Source of the DNA: Asaia bogorensis
GTDB lineage: Bacteria > Pseudomonadota > Alphaproteobacteria > CACIAM-22H2
Direction of reading: 5' to 3'
Assembly (NCBI GenBank): GCA_945892765.1
Contig: CAMDDQ010000002.1
Span: 3,427-67,426 of the forward strand
DNA: 64,000 nucleotides
The number at the start of each line of letters is the position of its first letter. The stretch's first letter is position 1. Of the stretch, positions 37,632 through 46,260 are shown piece after piece. Made by a program: the position numbers and the translations under genes. A model generated the notes under the pieces. The model was not told where the DNA came from. It made no database searches and was given only the letters and a program-made list of their open reading frames with translations.

Positions 37632-38771
37632 CTATATCGCGGTCGCGTCGTGGCGCCGCTGTTCTTCGGCCTTATCGGCGTGATGTTCGTGGTGATCGAC
37701 ATCGGCGCGAATGAAGCGGCCCGGCGCGGACTCCGATTCCTTCGCCAGCCGTTCGCGTTCGGCCAACTCGGTTGGGCTCATCTTCCGCCATTCATAGGAC
37801 GTCATGACGAAGCAGCCCTTGCAGGGGTCGAATTCGTCCAGACGACCGCTGCGATTCCAGTCGCGCAGCGTCTCCATGCGTTCGCCCTTCCAGATGTCTT
37901 TGAGCGGCACCTTCGTCGCGTCGCCGATGGTATAGGTGCGCTCCCAATCCGAACAGCAAGGGAAGACCTTGCCGTCGCGGGCGACGATCATGCGCTGCCA
38001 GGGCTGGTTGCACCGCTTGCGTCCGACGGCGATCTGGTCGCCGCTGTAAAAGGCGTTGCCTTGGCCGCGGTCGCTGACATCCTTGACCGCGATGTCGTCG
38101 GCGATCTCCTTCCACATTTCAAGAAAACGATCGACCTCGGCCTGATTCTCCTTCATGCGCACCATTTGAATGCGGATGAACGGCTTGACGCGGCCCTTGG
38201 CCTCTCGAACTTCGTGGAATTTGCGGATGTTGGCAGTCAGGCGGTCGTAATCCGAGCCGACCCGAACTTTCTCGTAGGTCTCCTTGGTCGCCCCATCCAT
38301 GGAAAAAATGATGCGGTCGAGACCGGCATCGATCAGCTTCTCGATGCGCTTTTGCGTGTAGGGGATGCCGTTGGTGTTGATCTGGACCTCGAGGATTCCC
38401 TTCTTCTTGGCGTAAGCCACGAGGTCCTCGAGCCCGGTGTGCAAGGCCGGCTCGCCGCGCCAATTGAACTTGATCGATTTCGTGCCGCCGGCGGCCGCCT
38501 GATCGATGGTGGATTTGGCGAAAGACATGTCCATGCGACCGGTGATCGGAACCCCGGTCGTGCCATGAACGCACATGATGCAGCGCAGATTGCAGGCCTC
38601 CGTCACCTCGATGTCGAGATGCAGGGGGAACGGCGTCACATGATCGTATTTCGCGACGAATCCCCATTTGGCCCGATAGATGAAGAAATTGAGATCGAAG
38701 CCGCGCTTGGCCCATTCGAGCGCCGCGTTGATCTTGCGGGCGAAGCCGTTGATTTCTTCATACTTGGCCAT
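37632..38771 (-). CDS. Radical SAM enzyme with a C-terminal SPASM/twitch-like Cys cluster.
   Basis: 'EVTEACNLRCIMCVHG' CxxxCxxC. C-terminal 'CNQPW...FPCCSDW...CKGCF'. Start at the internal ATG (38771). Confidence 0.75.
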   Translation of the reverse strand: MAKYEEINGFARKINAALEWAKRGFDLNFFIYRAKWGFVAKYDHVTPFPLHLDIEVTEACNLRCIMCVHGTTGVPITGRMDMSFAKSTIDQAAAGGTKSIKFNWRGEPALHTGLEDLVAYAKKKGILEVQINTNGIPYTQKRIEKLIDAGLDRIIFSMDGATKETYEKVRVGSDYDRLTANIRKFHEVREAKGRVKPFIRIQMVRMKENQAEVDRFLEMWKEIADDIAVKDVSDRGQGNAFYSGDQIAVGRKRCNQPWQRMIVARDGKVFPCCSDWERTYTIGDATKVPLKDIWKGERMETLRDWNRSGRLDEFDPCKGCFVMTSYEWRKMSPTELAERERLAKESESAPGRFIRADVDHHEHHADKAEEQRRHDATAI

Positions 38772-39774
38772 GATGCGTCCCACTGTAGCCGACTTCGCCC
38801 GCTTGCCTGAAATAGTCGAAGGTGCGGCGCACGCCTTCTTCGAGTGCAATTCGCGGCATGAAATCAAGCAATCGAGCCGCTTTGGATATGTCGGCGAAGC
38901 TGCGGCGGACCTCGCCGGCACGCTCCGGATGGTGCTTTAAACCGATTGTCCGACCGGTGCCGTGGCGAACAACTTCGGTGATCAAAGCGGCGAGCTCGTT
39001 GACCGTGCTTTCGGTTTGGGTGGCGATTTGGATGACTTCGCCGCCGATTCCGGGGCGAGTCGCCGCGCGAAAAATTGCCTCGATCAGATCGTCGACAAAG
39101 ACGAAATCGCGGCTTTGGTCGCCGTCGCCGTAAACCTCGAGAGGTTTGCCGGCCAAGGCACGCTTCAGAAAGGCGGCGACGACGCTGTCCTTGTGCGCCG
39201 ATCCGGGTCCGTAGACATTGCCGAAGCGCAGAGCCACGGTTTCAATGGCGAATGTGTGGAAATAGGCGCTGCAATAACCCTCGCCCGATAGTTTGCTCGC
39301 GCCATAGGGGGATTTCGGCCGGGGCGGCAGATTCTCGTGCAGCGGTGGGGCATGATCGCCCAGCGGTGCGGCCGACGATGCGAAGACAAATCGCCCGACG
39401 CGGTTTTTGCGCGCTGCCTCCAGATAGTTGAGCGTGCCGACCACGTTCACGGCGCAGTCGAAGGCCGGATCGGCGATGGACGACATCACACCGGCGTTGG
39501 CAGCAAGATGGACAATGACATCTGCGCCATCGGCCGCGCGCAAGGCCGCCGCCGCGTCGCGTATGTCGGCGATCATGACTTGGCAACCGGCCCATTCAGG
39601 CCCGGCACCATTGCCGCCCGAGTCGACCGCGTTGGTGCCATCGGGCAATGCCGAGCGCTTACCGGTCGATAGATTGTCGACGACCCGCATGGAAGCGCCC
39701 TCGCCATGCAGCCGCGCGACCAGGGCCGACCCAATGAAACCGCAGCCGCCAGTAATCAGCCAATTCATGCCCAT
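38758..39774 (-). CDS. NAD-dependent epimerase/dehydratase (UDP-hexose 4-epimerase-like extended SDR).
   Basis: 'WLITGGCGFIGSAL' and 'YGASKLSGE'. Confidence 0.8.
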   Translation of the reverse strand: MGMNWLITGGCGFIGSALVARLHGEGASMRVVDNLSTGKRSALPDGTNAVDSGGNGAGPEWAGCQVMIADIRDAAAALRAADGADVIVHLAANAGVMSSIADPAFDCAVNVVGTLNYLEAARKNRVGRFVFASSAAPLGDHAPPLHENLPPRPKSPYGASKLSGEGYCSAYFHTFAIETVALRFGNVYGPGSAHKDSVVAAFLKRALAGKPLEVYGDGDQSRDFVFVDDLIEAIFRAATRPGIGGEVIQIATQTESTVNELAALITEVVRHGTGRTIGLKHHPERAGEVRRSFADISKAARLLDFMPRIALEEGVRRTFDYFRQAGEVGYSGTHHGQV

Positions 39775-40913
39775 TTCACTCGCGGTAGGATGTAGTCCTT
39801 GCGTATGGCGTTGCCGTGACGGCGCACGAAATCGATCATGCCCACAATCAGTTCATCCGAGAGCGGATGGGGCTTCAATCCCAAATCCAGCAACCCGGTG
39901 TTCTTGGGATTGTAGTAGTGCTCTTCGGCCTCGCGCCTAGGGTTGTCGACCGGCCTTATCGCTACCTTGATCCCCGCGGCTTTGCCTGCTCGCTGAACGC
40001 GGTTCGCCAGTTCGTTCACCGAGAAGGTTTCGGTGAATTGGTTCAGTACACGGAATTCGCCGACCTTCGCCGGCTGGCGCAGAGCAAGTGCGACGCATTG
40101 GAGCGTGTCGCGAATGTCGAGATAGCCACGGGTCTGACCACCCTTGCCATACACAGTCAGCGGCTCGCCCGCTACCGCCTGCACGACAAATCGGTTCAAG
40201 ACGGTGCCGAAGATGTCGTCGTAGTTGAACAGCGGCGCGAGACGTTCGTCGGCGGCCAGTTCCTCCGTCTCGATCCCGTAGACCGGCCCTTGGTTCAAAT
40301 CGGTTACGGCAATATTCCAAACGCGCACGGCCAGATAGAGCAAGTCGCTGTCCTGGACCTTGGTCAGGTGATAGATCGATCCCGGCGTTTTCGGATAGAG
40401 GAAGCGATGTTCGCGTCCGTTGTGGGTGACGTCCAGATACCCTTCCTCAATATCTATATTCGGCGTCCCGTATTCGCCCATCGTGCCAAGCTTGACGATG
40501 TGGCAGCCGGGTGCTTTTTCGCGAACCGCCCATACAACGTTGAGCGTCGCCAGAAGATTGTTTTGAACGGTCGCGGCGGCGTGAGGCTGGCTCATCATCG
40601 AAAAAGGCGCCGAGGGTTGCTCGGCATAGTGAACGACGGAATCGGGACCGAATTCCCCGAACAGGCGCCGTAGGAATGCGTAGTCGGTGACGTCGCCGAC
40701 ATGCACGGCGATGCCGCGCCCACCGGCCGCGCGCCAGATCGCGGCGCGCTCGGGCATTTCCGGAACCCCAACCAATGGCTGGCAATCGAGATCGCGGCAA
40801 TTGCGCCGGCGCAAGTAGTTGTCCGCCACTGCCACGTCATGGCCCTGCGCGGCGAGGTTCATGGCCGTCGCCCAGCCGAGATAGCCGTCGCCGCCGAGCA
40901 CGAGCACTCTCAT
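39765..40913 (-). CDS. UDP-sulfoquinovose synthase homolog (SQD1/SqdB/Agl3 family).
   Basis: Near-identity to the SQD1 signature: 'VLVLGGDGYLGWATA', 'HYAEQPSAPFSM', 'VKLGTMGEYGTPNIDIEEGY', 'YHLTKVQDS', 'TDLNQGPVYGI'. Confidence 0.8.
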   Translation of the reverse strand: MRVLVLGGDGYLGWATAMNLAAQGHDVAVADNYLRRRNCRDLDCQPLVGVPEMPERAAIWRAAGGRGIAVHVGDVTDYAFLRRLFGEFGPDSVVHYAEQPSAPFSMMSQPHAAATVQNNLLATLNVVWAVREKAPGCHIVKLGTMGEYGTPNIDIEEGYLDVTHNGREHRFLYPKTPGSIYHLTKVQDSDLLYLAVRVWNIAVTDLNQGPVYGIETEELAADERLAPLFNYDDIFGTVLNRFVVQAVAGEPLTVYGKGGQTRGYLDIRDTLQCVALALRQPAKVGEFRVLNQFTETFSVNELANRVQRAGKAAGIKVAIRPVDNPRREAEEHYYNPKNTGLLDLGLKPHPLSDELIVGMIDFVRRHGNAIRKDYILPRVKWA

Positions 40914-41953
40914 GCGGCGGTCTCGGGTCTCAGAAGGCCGCTATCCCTTAAATAGGCGCGCAGCGAGTCGCGGTCCATGGGTGGGTGGTTGGCCGATGTA
41001 TAGGGCTGCTCCACCTGTTCGCGGAGAGTTTCGGGATAGCTGAAGTTCACATCGCGATAGAGATCGCGCAGGGCCGGGAGCACGGCAAAATGACGGCCAA
41101 GCTCGACTGACCGCCGGGTCTCCTCGCTGGTCATCAACTCCTCATAGAGCTTTTCTCCGGGGCGTGAGCCGATTTCCTTGATAAGGATCGCCTTCGGGTC
41201 AAGACCGAAAACCGGCGCCAATTCCTCGATCATCACACGCGCGAGGTCGGAGATGACGATCGTCGCCATCTTCGGGATGAAGACCTCGCCCCCGCGGGCC
41301 AGCGCCCCGGCCCCCAACACTAGATCGACGGCCTCGTCCAACGTCATGATGAACCGGGTCATCGCGCGATCGGTCAACGTGACGGCTCCGCCGCGCCGAA
41401 TTTGTTCGCGGAACAGCGGCACGACTGAACCGCGCGAACCCAGGACATTGCCGAAGCGGGTCGACGTGAATAGCGTTCCGTCGGGTGAAACGGCGGCAGC
41501 CGACATCAATCGCTCGCCCATCAGTTTCGATGCGCCCATCACATTGGTGGGGTTCACGGCCTTGTCGGAAGAGGTGTAGACGACCCTTGCCACCTTCGCC
41601 GCGCGGGCCGCGGCCACTACGTTTTGCACGCCCAGAATATTGGTTTGTACGGCTTCGAGCGGGCTGCGTTCGCACAGCGGCACATGTTTCAATGCCGCGG
41701 CGTGGAGGACGATGTCTACTCCCCGGCAGGCGTCGGCTACCTTGTCGCCGTCACGCACGTCGCCAAGGAGGGGAACAACCCGGTCCGCCCTGTGAGTCTC
41801 GGCCAGAAAGAACAGCTCGCTTTCATTGTTGTCGAGGGCGCGCAGTTCTCCCACGCCGAGGCCGAGCAGCCGAGTGACAAGCGCTCGCCCGACCGTGCCA
41901 GCCGCGCCGGTAACAAGCACGACGCGGCCTGAGAAAAGCATGCTAGGAGTCAC
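40910..41953 (-). CDS. PseB/CapD-like UDP-HexNAc 4,6-dehydratase, second copy (polysacc_synt_2).
   Basis: 'VVLVTGAAGTVGRALV' and 'MGASKLMGE'. Paralog of the 13449-14495 gene. Confidence 0.8.
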   Translation of the reverse strand: MTPSMLFSGRVVLVTGAAGTVGRALVTRLLGLGVGELRALDNNESELFFLAETHRADRVVPLLGDVRDGDKVADACRGVDIVLHAAALKHVPLCERSPLEAVQTNILGVQNVVAAARAAKVARVVYTSSDKAVNPTNVMGASKLMGERLMSAAAVSPDGTLFTSTRFGNVLGSRGSVVPLFREQIRRGGAVTLTDRAMTRFIMTLDEAVDLVLGAGALARGGEVFIPKMATIVISDLARVMIEELAPVFGLDPKAILIKEIGSRPGEKLYEELMTSEETRRSVELGRHFAVLPALRDLYRDVNFSYPETLREQVEQPYTSANHPPMDRDSLRAYLRDSGLLRPETAA

Positions 41954-42085
41954 GGATGGACTCGGCGACGTTCAACGGCCGATCGCCTCGATCCACGAAG
42001 TTTCCCGACGCGTACGCCGAGCGAGGCCCGTTCGCGAACTCATTGATAGCCTTGGGTACAGATAACATCTCGCTATGTGTAAGAA

Positions 42086-43624
42086 TCAGGTGGCTTGTTG
42101 GAGAACGGCATTCACGTCGCTTTCGCCAAGGCTGTCGATTAGGCCCCCAAACGCGTTCTTTACGGCGGCGTCCAAGAGTGGCTCGGTCTGACCCTTGGTC
42201 TTGAGAGCAAAATTGTGCATATCGAAGGAACAGGCGATAGCCGCAGCCAGGAAACGGCTTCCATCCTTCCATGCCTTTTCGGCATCGACACCGTAGAGCG
42301 CGCGCTGAATGAACCCTTTGATTTGCGCCTCATCAATAACCGTCATGACGTGAGGGGCCATCGCATACATATTGTGTCGGCCGAACGTAATGACTGGCCG
42401 ACCGAGTGCCGCGGCTTCAAATCCCGCGGTCCCGGTAATGGTCACCGTAAATGCGGCCCGTCGCGCGCAATCAATGCCGCTTTCGCCCACATGGAGAAAG
42501 ACGACATTCTTCAAATCACCGATCTGATCGTAGAAATCGGTTGGCCGACGTCCGAGGGTGTAGAGATTTTCCTTGATCGCGAGAACGACACCCGCCGGTA
42601 GATCGCGGGCGATGGAGAGAATCGCGGCATGTTGGTTGAAGTATTCCGGAGACATGAGTTGCAAACTGGTTTCCGGCTCCTTGTGCAATGGGAAATATGC
42701 AAAGCGTCGGTCGGCAAGATCGGCAAGCCGGATGGTGCGTGAACCTGTCATGCGACGATAGGCGGCGTGTTCCCGAAGCGGGAAAGAAACGAACTCGCCG
42801 AAATCGAAACTCCGGGCTTTCTGATAGCCGCGTAGTTTCCAGTAGCCGTAGCTCAACGCGGCTACCGCGGCGCGGCGCAAACTTGTCGCGAGCGAGTGGC
42901 CGGTAAACCAGGTTTTCTTGGCGACAGCCATGCTGTAAGGCTGCTCTATTGTCGATTCCGGCCATGATGTCATGGCATGATAGGCGCGCTCGACCGCTGG
43001 GTTGAAGTAGTACTCGGTCGGCGTCCAATACCAGTAGTTTTTGTAGCGGCTCGTATCGAGTCGACGATAGAGAATGCCATGGGCGCGCGCCATCACGGCA
43101 GCGTCCTTGTCGCCTTGAAGCAGGATGGTCAGACCCTTGCCCTCGATTTCGCGGCGCCAGAAATCGAGCAACTCGCTATGCGCGTGCAGCATCTGGATAT
43201 AGCTGACGTCCCGATAGTGCTTCGATCGCGGGTAGTGAAAACTGCCGGGGCTGAAACCGCGTCCGAAATGCCGGTGGATGCAAGCAATCAGGCTGAATGT
43301 CGTGTCGCTCAGCTTCTCGAACGCCTGGGCGCGGGCGATGACCTCGGTTTCGTTCAGATCCGTGGCGCGCATGGCTTCCGGAATAACGTTGTTGTTGGAT
43401 ACGGAATCCCAGCGGCCGTGGGCGTTCATTTCTCGGAAGGCGCGGAGTTCCTCCGGACTGCGAACGTAAAGGTGGATCTTGGAGCCGTACCGCTCCTTGA
43501 GGCGGTCCGCCAGCTTGAGCGCGAGATCGCGCCAAACCGCGCGCACCTCAATCCCAACGCTGGCGAATCGACGTGACGCCGTCGCCTCATCGACATCTGG
43601 CGAGAATCCCGTGGCCGAACTCAT
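42086..43624 (-). CDS. Capsule-polysaccharide-biosynthesis (KpsS/KpsC-like, Capsule_synth) GT-B protein. Putative CMP-ulosonic-acid transferase.
   Basis: 'FAYFPLHKEPETS' and C-terminal 'TVTITGTAGFEAAALGRPVITFG' resemble KpsS/KpsC family motifs. The assignment is from memory of the family profile, not a computed search. Confidence 0.5.
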   Translation of the reverse strand: MSSATGFSPDVDEATASRRFASVGIEVRAVWRDLALKLADRLKERYGSKIHLYVRSPEELRAFREMNAHGRWDSVSNNNVIPEAMRATDLNETEVIARAQAFEKLSDTTFSLIACIHRHFGRGFSPGSFHYPRSKHYRDVSYIQMLHAHSELLDFWRREIEGKGLTILLQGDKDAAVMARAHGILYRRLDTSRYKNYWYWTPTEYYFNPAVERAYHAMTSWPESTIEQPYSMAVAKKTWFTGHSLATSLRRAAVAALSYGYWKLRGYQKARSFDFGEFVSFPLREHAAYRRMTGSRTIRLADLADRRFAYFPLHKEPETSLQLMSPEYFNQHAAILSIARDLPAGVVLAIKENLYTLGRRPTDFYDQIGDLKNVVFLHVGESGIDCARRAAFTVTITGTAGFEAAALGRPVITFGRHNMYAMAPHVMTVIDEAQIKGFIQRALYGVDAEKAWKDGSRFLAAAIACSFDMHNFALKTKGQTEPLLDAAVKNAFGGLIDSLGESDVNAVLQQAT

Positions 43625-44916
43625 TCGGCGCCCAACAGCGACATCAGCTTGTCAAGGCGCGGCGGATGGGCCGCCAACAGGCGCTCGCGCTCGACGAAAA
43701 GGCTCCCACCCTCCCAAGGCGCGTCGCTTAATGCAGATTCCAGCCGTCTTTCGAAATCTGGCGCCGCTGGGTTGACGAATATCGTGCCATATCCCTGACC
43801 GAGCGACGTCTCGCCCTGCCGGTCGTAGTGCTCTTCCCGGTAGTCCGCGCAATCGATGAAACGTCCTTCGGGGCTCGTGAATGCGACATTGGTCGGTGCG
43901 TTCACGATCGCCCGCCTGGACAGGGCGATCAGCACCTCTGGATGGGCGAGGCTGACAACGATGTGGGGATCGTGAAGCCAGCCAAGAGTATCGGAGAGGT
44001 AGGCGGCATTTTCGGCGAGAGGATGCGGTCGCACGAGAATCGTCGATTTCCGGCGGAGTTGCCGAAGGGCCATTAGAATCTGGCGGAAAGTCCTTTCTGC
44101 GGAATCGGGCGTGCGTAGATTGGCCGAGCTTGCCGTCTTCGGCGCAAAGAAGCAGTAGATCTCCCCAATTGGGTGCCCCGTCGCCCGCAACCGCTCCCGC
44201 TCGGCCGCCGCTTCGGCGATCACCAAGCGACGCCACGCTTCCAATTGGTTCGGGAGGCCCATGCACAAATTCGGTAGCGGCTGAACTGTGCCCCATCGAT
44301 TCAAAGCGTTCAGATAAAGGGTCTGCCGGTCATGGTAGTGGATCAGCGCATCGGCATCCCGCCCGAACAGCCGTCGCACCATGCTGGGTCCCAAATCCGA
44401 CACCATCAGGCGTGGCTGTACATGAGGATGAATGCCGGCATCGACTCCTCGCCCGCCCGCCAGGATGATGCCGCGGCCACGGCGCAGCCGCGCCAAAAGG
44501 AACCAGACCGGGTATGGGCCCGAGCTGAATTGTCGCCCGGCGAATAGGATCGGCCGCTTCCATCGCAACACCCAAACGCAGATGCGCCCGAATCCCGATA
44601 TTCTTCGCCACCATCGGACCAGGGTATTGGGCGCAGTCTTGGCATCGAGACAATGAAGCGTGCCGCATCGTTCGAGCCCGCGCATCAGCGTCGAATTGCG
44701 CCGGATGAAATCGAAATTCTTGGCGGAGAAGGTGACAAAACGGATTTGCCAGTCCGGCCGGGCTTCCTTCAACGCCAGCGCGGTTGGTAGATAGGTGTCG
44801 AAGTCGATGACTCGGGGCGAAAGCATGAAGACAACAAGACGCCGCCGGGATGCGCGCGCCGGCGCGAACGCAGCAGCGCCGTCCGCCATCGGGGTGTCCG
44901 CGTTCTCCGCCAGCAC
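43621..44916 (-). CDS. Hypothetical TagF-like GT-B protein (putative CDP/CMP-sugar transferase).
   Basis: 'ILVRPHPL' and downstream 'IVNAPTNVAFTSPEGRFI', similar to the HP and C-terminal motifs of glycerophosphotransferase-like enzymes. The match is weak. Confidence 0.4.
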   Translation of the reverse strand: MLAENADTPMADGAAAFAPARASRRRLVVFMLSPRVIDFDTYLPTALALKEARPDWQIRFVTFSAKNFDFIRRNSTLMRGLERCGTLHCLDAKTAPNTLVRWWRRISGFGRICVWVLRWKRPILFAGRQFSSGPYPVWFLLARLRRGRGIILAGGRGVDAGIHPHVQPRLMVSDLGPSMVRRLFGRDADALIHYHDRQTLYLNALNRWGTVQPLPNLCMGLPNQLEAWRRLVIAEAAAERERLRATGHPIGEIYCFFAPKTASSANLRTPDSAERTFRQILMALRQLRRKSTILVRPHPLAENAAYLSDTLGWLHDPHIVVSLAHPEVLIALSRRAIVNAPTNVAFTSPEGRFIDCADYREEHYDRQGETSLGQGYGTIFVNPAAPDFERRLESALSDAPWEGGSLFVERERLLAAHPPRLDKLMSLLGAE

Positions 44917-45675
44917 CTAACGCCGCTTCGCCGGAGAGGTCGCGCGCTGGTCGCAACGCATCATGTCGTCGCGTTCGGCGAACCACTCGGCCGAATATTC
45001 GCAATCCCGGTATTCGTCGAAATAGGGTCCGCCGATTGTGTAGTGGACCAACGCCGCATCGGGTCGGGGCGCTGACACGCCGACCAAGTGGTTCCATTTC
45101 GACGGCAGCTCGCCGATCAGTGAGTCGTCCTCGAGCCATTTAAACTGGTGGAGTTTAAGTCCGTTTGCCGCATTGACATAGGCCGGCGTCAACGCCCGAC
45201 ACCGGTCGCAATTGAACAGCATGACACTCGACCAGTTCTTCTTCCCGTATTTGGACTGCGGCTCATCGAGAAATTTCTTGGTCTCGGACGGGACATGATT
45301 GTGTTTGACCGCCATGACGGCGAAACGTTCGTCACGGAGGTGCCACAACGCGCCGATGTCCTCGCGCATGATCATGTCGCAATCCATGAAGATCGCCCAA
45401 CCGCGATAGTCCACAAGATGCGGCGTAAGGAATCTGGAAAACGAAAAATCCGACGATTGCAACGGCTCGCGCGGCCGCGTGAGTGAGCCGGCGAGTTGGG
45501 TCAACATTAGAGGCACCACACAAACCGGCTGGGTCGCCCGTTTGTGTATGCTGTGGACCAGCACGCTGAAGGCTGCCGCCTCGCGCGGGTCATAACCGAT
45601 GAAAACTCTGATCATTTTGGGAAGGAAACCTTGTGATCTCGGCAAAGCTACCGCAGTCCGGGTGAAAGCCTTCAC
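44917..45675 (-). CDS. Putative nucleotide-sugar glycosyltransferase with a DxD motif (Gly_transf_sug / OCH1 / Gb3-synthase-like).
   Basis: 'IRVFIGYDPREAAAFSVLVHSI' and 'AIFMDCDMIM' (DxD). Confidence 0.5.
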   Translation of the reverse strand: MKAFTRTAVALPRSQGFLPKMIRVFIGYDPREAAAFSVLVHSIHKRATQPVCVVPLMLTQLAGSLTRPREPLQSSDFSFSRFLTPHLVDYRGWAIFMDCDMIMREDIGALWHLRDERFAVMAVKHNHVPSETKKFLDEPQSKYGKKNWSSVMLFNCDRCRALTPAYVNAANGLKLHQFKWLEDDSLIGELPSKWNHLVGVSAPRPDAALVHYTIGGPYFDEYRDCEYSAEWFAERDDMMRCDQRATSPAKRR

Positions 45676-45755
45676 CCAGTGGAACTCGACACCAACCGCG
45701 CTCTAGGCCGCGGCAAACTGGGCTCGCCGAGGGCGAGCGCCAGAGACAGAGACGC

Positions 45756-46259
45756 CTAGGCGCAGGCGGCCACCGCGTCGAGCGGAAGCCTCACGCGCAC
45801 CGGGCGGCCAAGGAGTTGCAGAAGGACGACAACACGCTGAGAATCGGACCCGTCGTCAAACAACCCGATCTGATCGCTCAATGCCCCGGTGACCACGCGT
45901 ATCCGATCGCCCTTCGCGAAAATTGTCCCCCGGCCAAGGACCACGAAGCCGCAATCATCCTCGCGCGCCCGGATCGCCTCGATCACCTCCGGCGGCACGG
46001 GAATTGGTCCGTCACCGCCCGATACCAGCCGGTGAACGCCGACGGTGGAGTCGATGGAACGCCACCGCTGCCGCTCCATGTCGATGCCAACGAACAGATA
46101 GCCCGGAAACAGGGGGGCGGCGACAATTTCCGCGCGACCCGCATGCCGGCGCTGTTTCTTGTGACGGGGCAGGTAGACGGCGAATTCCTGGCGGCGCAAA
46201 TGCATTTCGGCCTGGGCTTCGGCGCGCGGCTGCGTATGGGCGACGTACCAGCGCTGCAT
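45756..46259 (-). CDS. NusG-family transcription antiterminator paralog (RfaH/UpxY-like).
   Basis: 'RWYVAHTQPRAEAQAEMHL' NGN domain. C-terminal KOW-like 'FAKGDRIRVVTGALSDQIGLF'. It lies directly upstream of, and on the same strand as, the glycan operon. Confidence 0.7.
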   Translation of the reverse strand: MQRWYVAHTQPRAEAQAEMHLRRQEFAVYLPRHKKQRRHAGRAEIVAAPLFPGYLFVGIDMERQRWRSIDSTVGVHRLVSGGDGPIPVPPEVIEAIRAREDDCGFVVLGRGTIFAKGDRIRVVTGALSDQIGLFDDGSDSQRVVVLLQLLGRPVRVRLPLDAVAACA

Positions 46260-46260
46260 G

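Noticed and set aside
45636-45656. ops-like sequence (minus-strand tGCGGTAGCttTt, 10/12 match to the RfaH ops consensus GGCGGTAGnnTG) just downstream of the RfaH-like gene
   Set aside because: It lies inside the first codons of the 44917-45675 coding sequence rather than in a 5' leader. An 8-nt core match is expected by chance a few times in 64 kb of this composition. RfaH ops recognition is not established outside gamma-proteobacteria.
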